From the NCBI RefSeq assembly GCF_003704095.1, contig NW_020846508.1, positions 1 through 64,000 on the forward strand: a stretch of 64,000 nucleotides of DNA. Reading direction: 5' to 3'. Position 1 is the stretch's first letter. Every line of letters begins with the position of its first letter. The notes beneath the pieces are model-generated. The model saw nothing but the letters and a program-made list of their open reading frames with translations, was not told where the DNA came from and searched no databases. Positions 62,844-64,000 of the stretch are shown here, one piece after another. Source of the DNA: Pocillopora damicornis (Eukaryota). The position numbers and the translations under genes were made by a program.

Positions 62844-64000
62844 AATGCAAAAGTTTGTTGACTAGTTGAATTTGCCTCCATAAGACACAAGTTTTGCGAT
62901 GCGTTAAAATTTGACTCACAATTTTTGCTAATAGAAAACTGCCGCTACACAACGCATGTTTGCATGTTTGCATGTTCTAGGTTTAAATCTAACTATGTTA
63001 ATAAAAGGTGAAAAAAAATTAAGAAAAGCAGTGCGTTTCAATTTGTAACTAACTTATGCAATAAAAAAGACTCTAATATTAATAAGTATATCAGTATTTA
63101 GCCTTGCTGTTTACCAAATGTTCATGAATGTTATTTATGCTTTTGACTCGGTGCACAAGAGGGCGTTGGAGTAATCAAATCTTGCAATCTGAATGGGCCC
63201 TTGCAGTAAATGAATTTCCTCATTATGCGTGTGATGCACGGATTTTCTGCGTCGGATTGCTTTTCGCCAATAATGAAAACACATGCATTGTCTGTCAATC
63301 CTTTGCCACCTTCCCAATTTCAGCCACGACTTATTAAAAAACTTCGATTACACATAATTTATATTGACAAGCAAAGTCATTGTAAGTGAATTCAAACGTT
63401 TTTTTTCATTAGAGCTTTTTTAGGTAGAGGTTGAATGATTACTTTCAGTCTCGTACCCAGACCTTCTGCGGATAAGCGGCACATATGTACGATCTGCGTA
63501 CTAGATTACTTTGCGTCTAAGAACATTGATTATAGAATCAGTGAATTATATATTTATTTATTTTTCATTAAATATCATGTGATCAAATTTCAACCAAGTT
63601 CAAGACTTCAAACTGCAAAACTCTTGAATAAAACTTTTTTTCTCTAAAAATAGATGTAGCTGGCCACTGAACCGGATGCAGCGCGATCGATTAAGGCAAA
63701 GTTAACCAGCATGAAGGGCTTTTGTAGGGTTCGTTTGAGGCTGAAATATTATATTCTGTACCTGTTCGTAAGTGGTCACCAAAATTGAAACAAAAAGAAG
63801 AAATTATCTTCGAAAAGAATCATAGAAAAACTTTTAAACGGTAAGTATGAAAAACACCTTGCACAACAAAACACTGTCATAAACATACGCACCATTGAAA
63901 ACGCATCACGCAAGCTAGATTTTCTCCTAACAACTGCGGTAATTATTTTACTCAAAACTTTGGGAAGCAAAGTTTTATACATTGGGTATACTTTTTTCTC

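Overview
This is eukaryotic (animal) genomic DNA: AT-rich, with GT-AG introns and two 100-N scaffold gaps. Gene content and the dispersed repeats suggest a cnidarian, probably a scleractinian coral (inference). I assembled the gene models by hand from splice sites and checked intron phases. (1) 0.8-14.2 kb: four genes for secreted, probably GPI-anchored three-finger (Ly6/uPAR, LU) proteins with a shared 12-Cys frame. One has the unusual architecture signal peptide-FN2-FN2-LU-GPI, with each domain on its own exon and phase-1 introns between them. (2) 15.7-20.0 kb: a 4-exon gene for an uncharacterised SAM-domain protein with Cys clusters. (3) 22.8-28.2 kb: ANP32, 9 coding exons, with an ANP32E-type H2A.Z-binding motif. 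(4) 34.4-41.0 kb: G-alpha-q, 7 exons, 353 aa. (5) 49.3-62.8 kb: six intronless paralogues of a family I do not recognise. They share an N-terminal coiled-coil-like block followed by a divergent tail rich in RRxS/T and RxxSxP motifs; one copy is truncated and one is frameshifted. Also present: MITEs (piggyBac-like TTAA type; hAT-like with a 6-bp TSD), a Penelope GIY-YIG remnant, satellites, local duplications and a ~370-bp hairpin-dense intergenic segment of unknown nature. The best candidates for an undescribed system are the FN2-FN2-LU gene within its LU cluster and the six-gene RRxS array. No rRNA, tRNA or CRISPR was seen.
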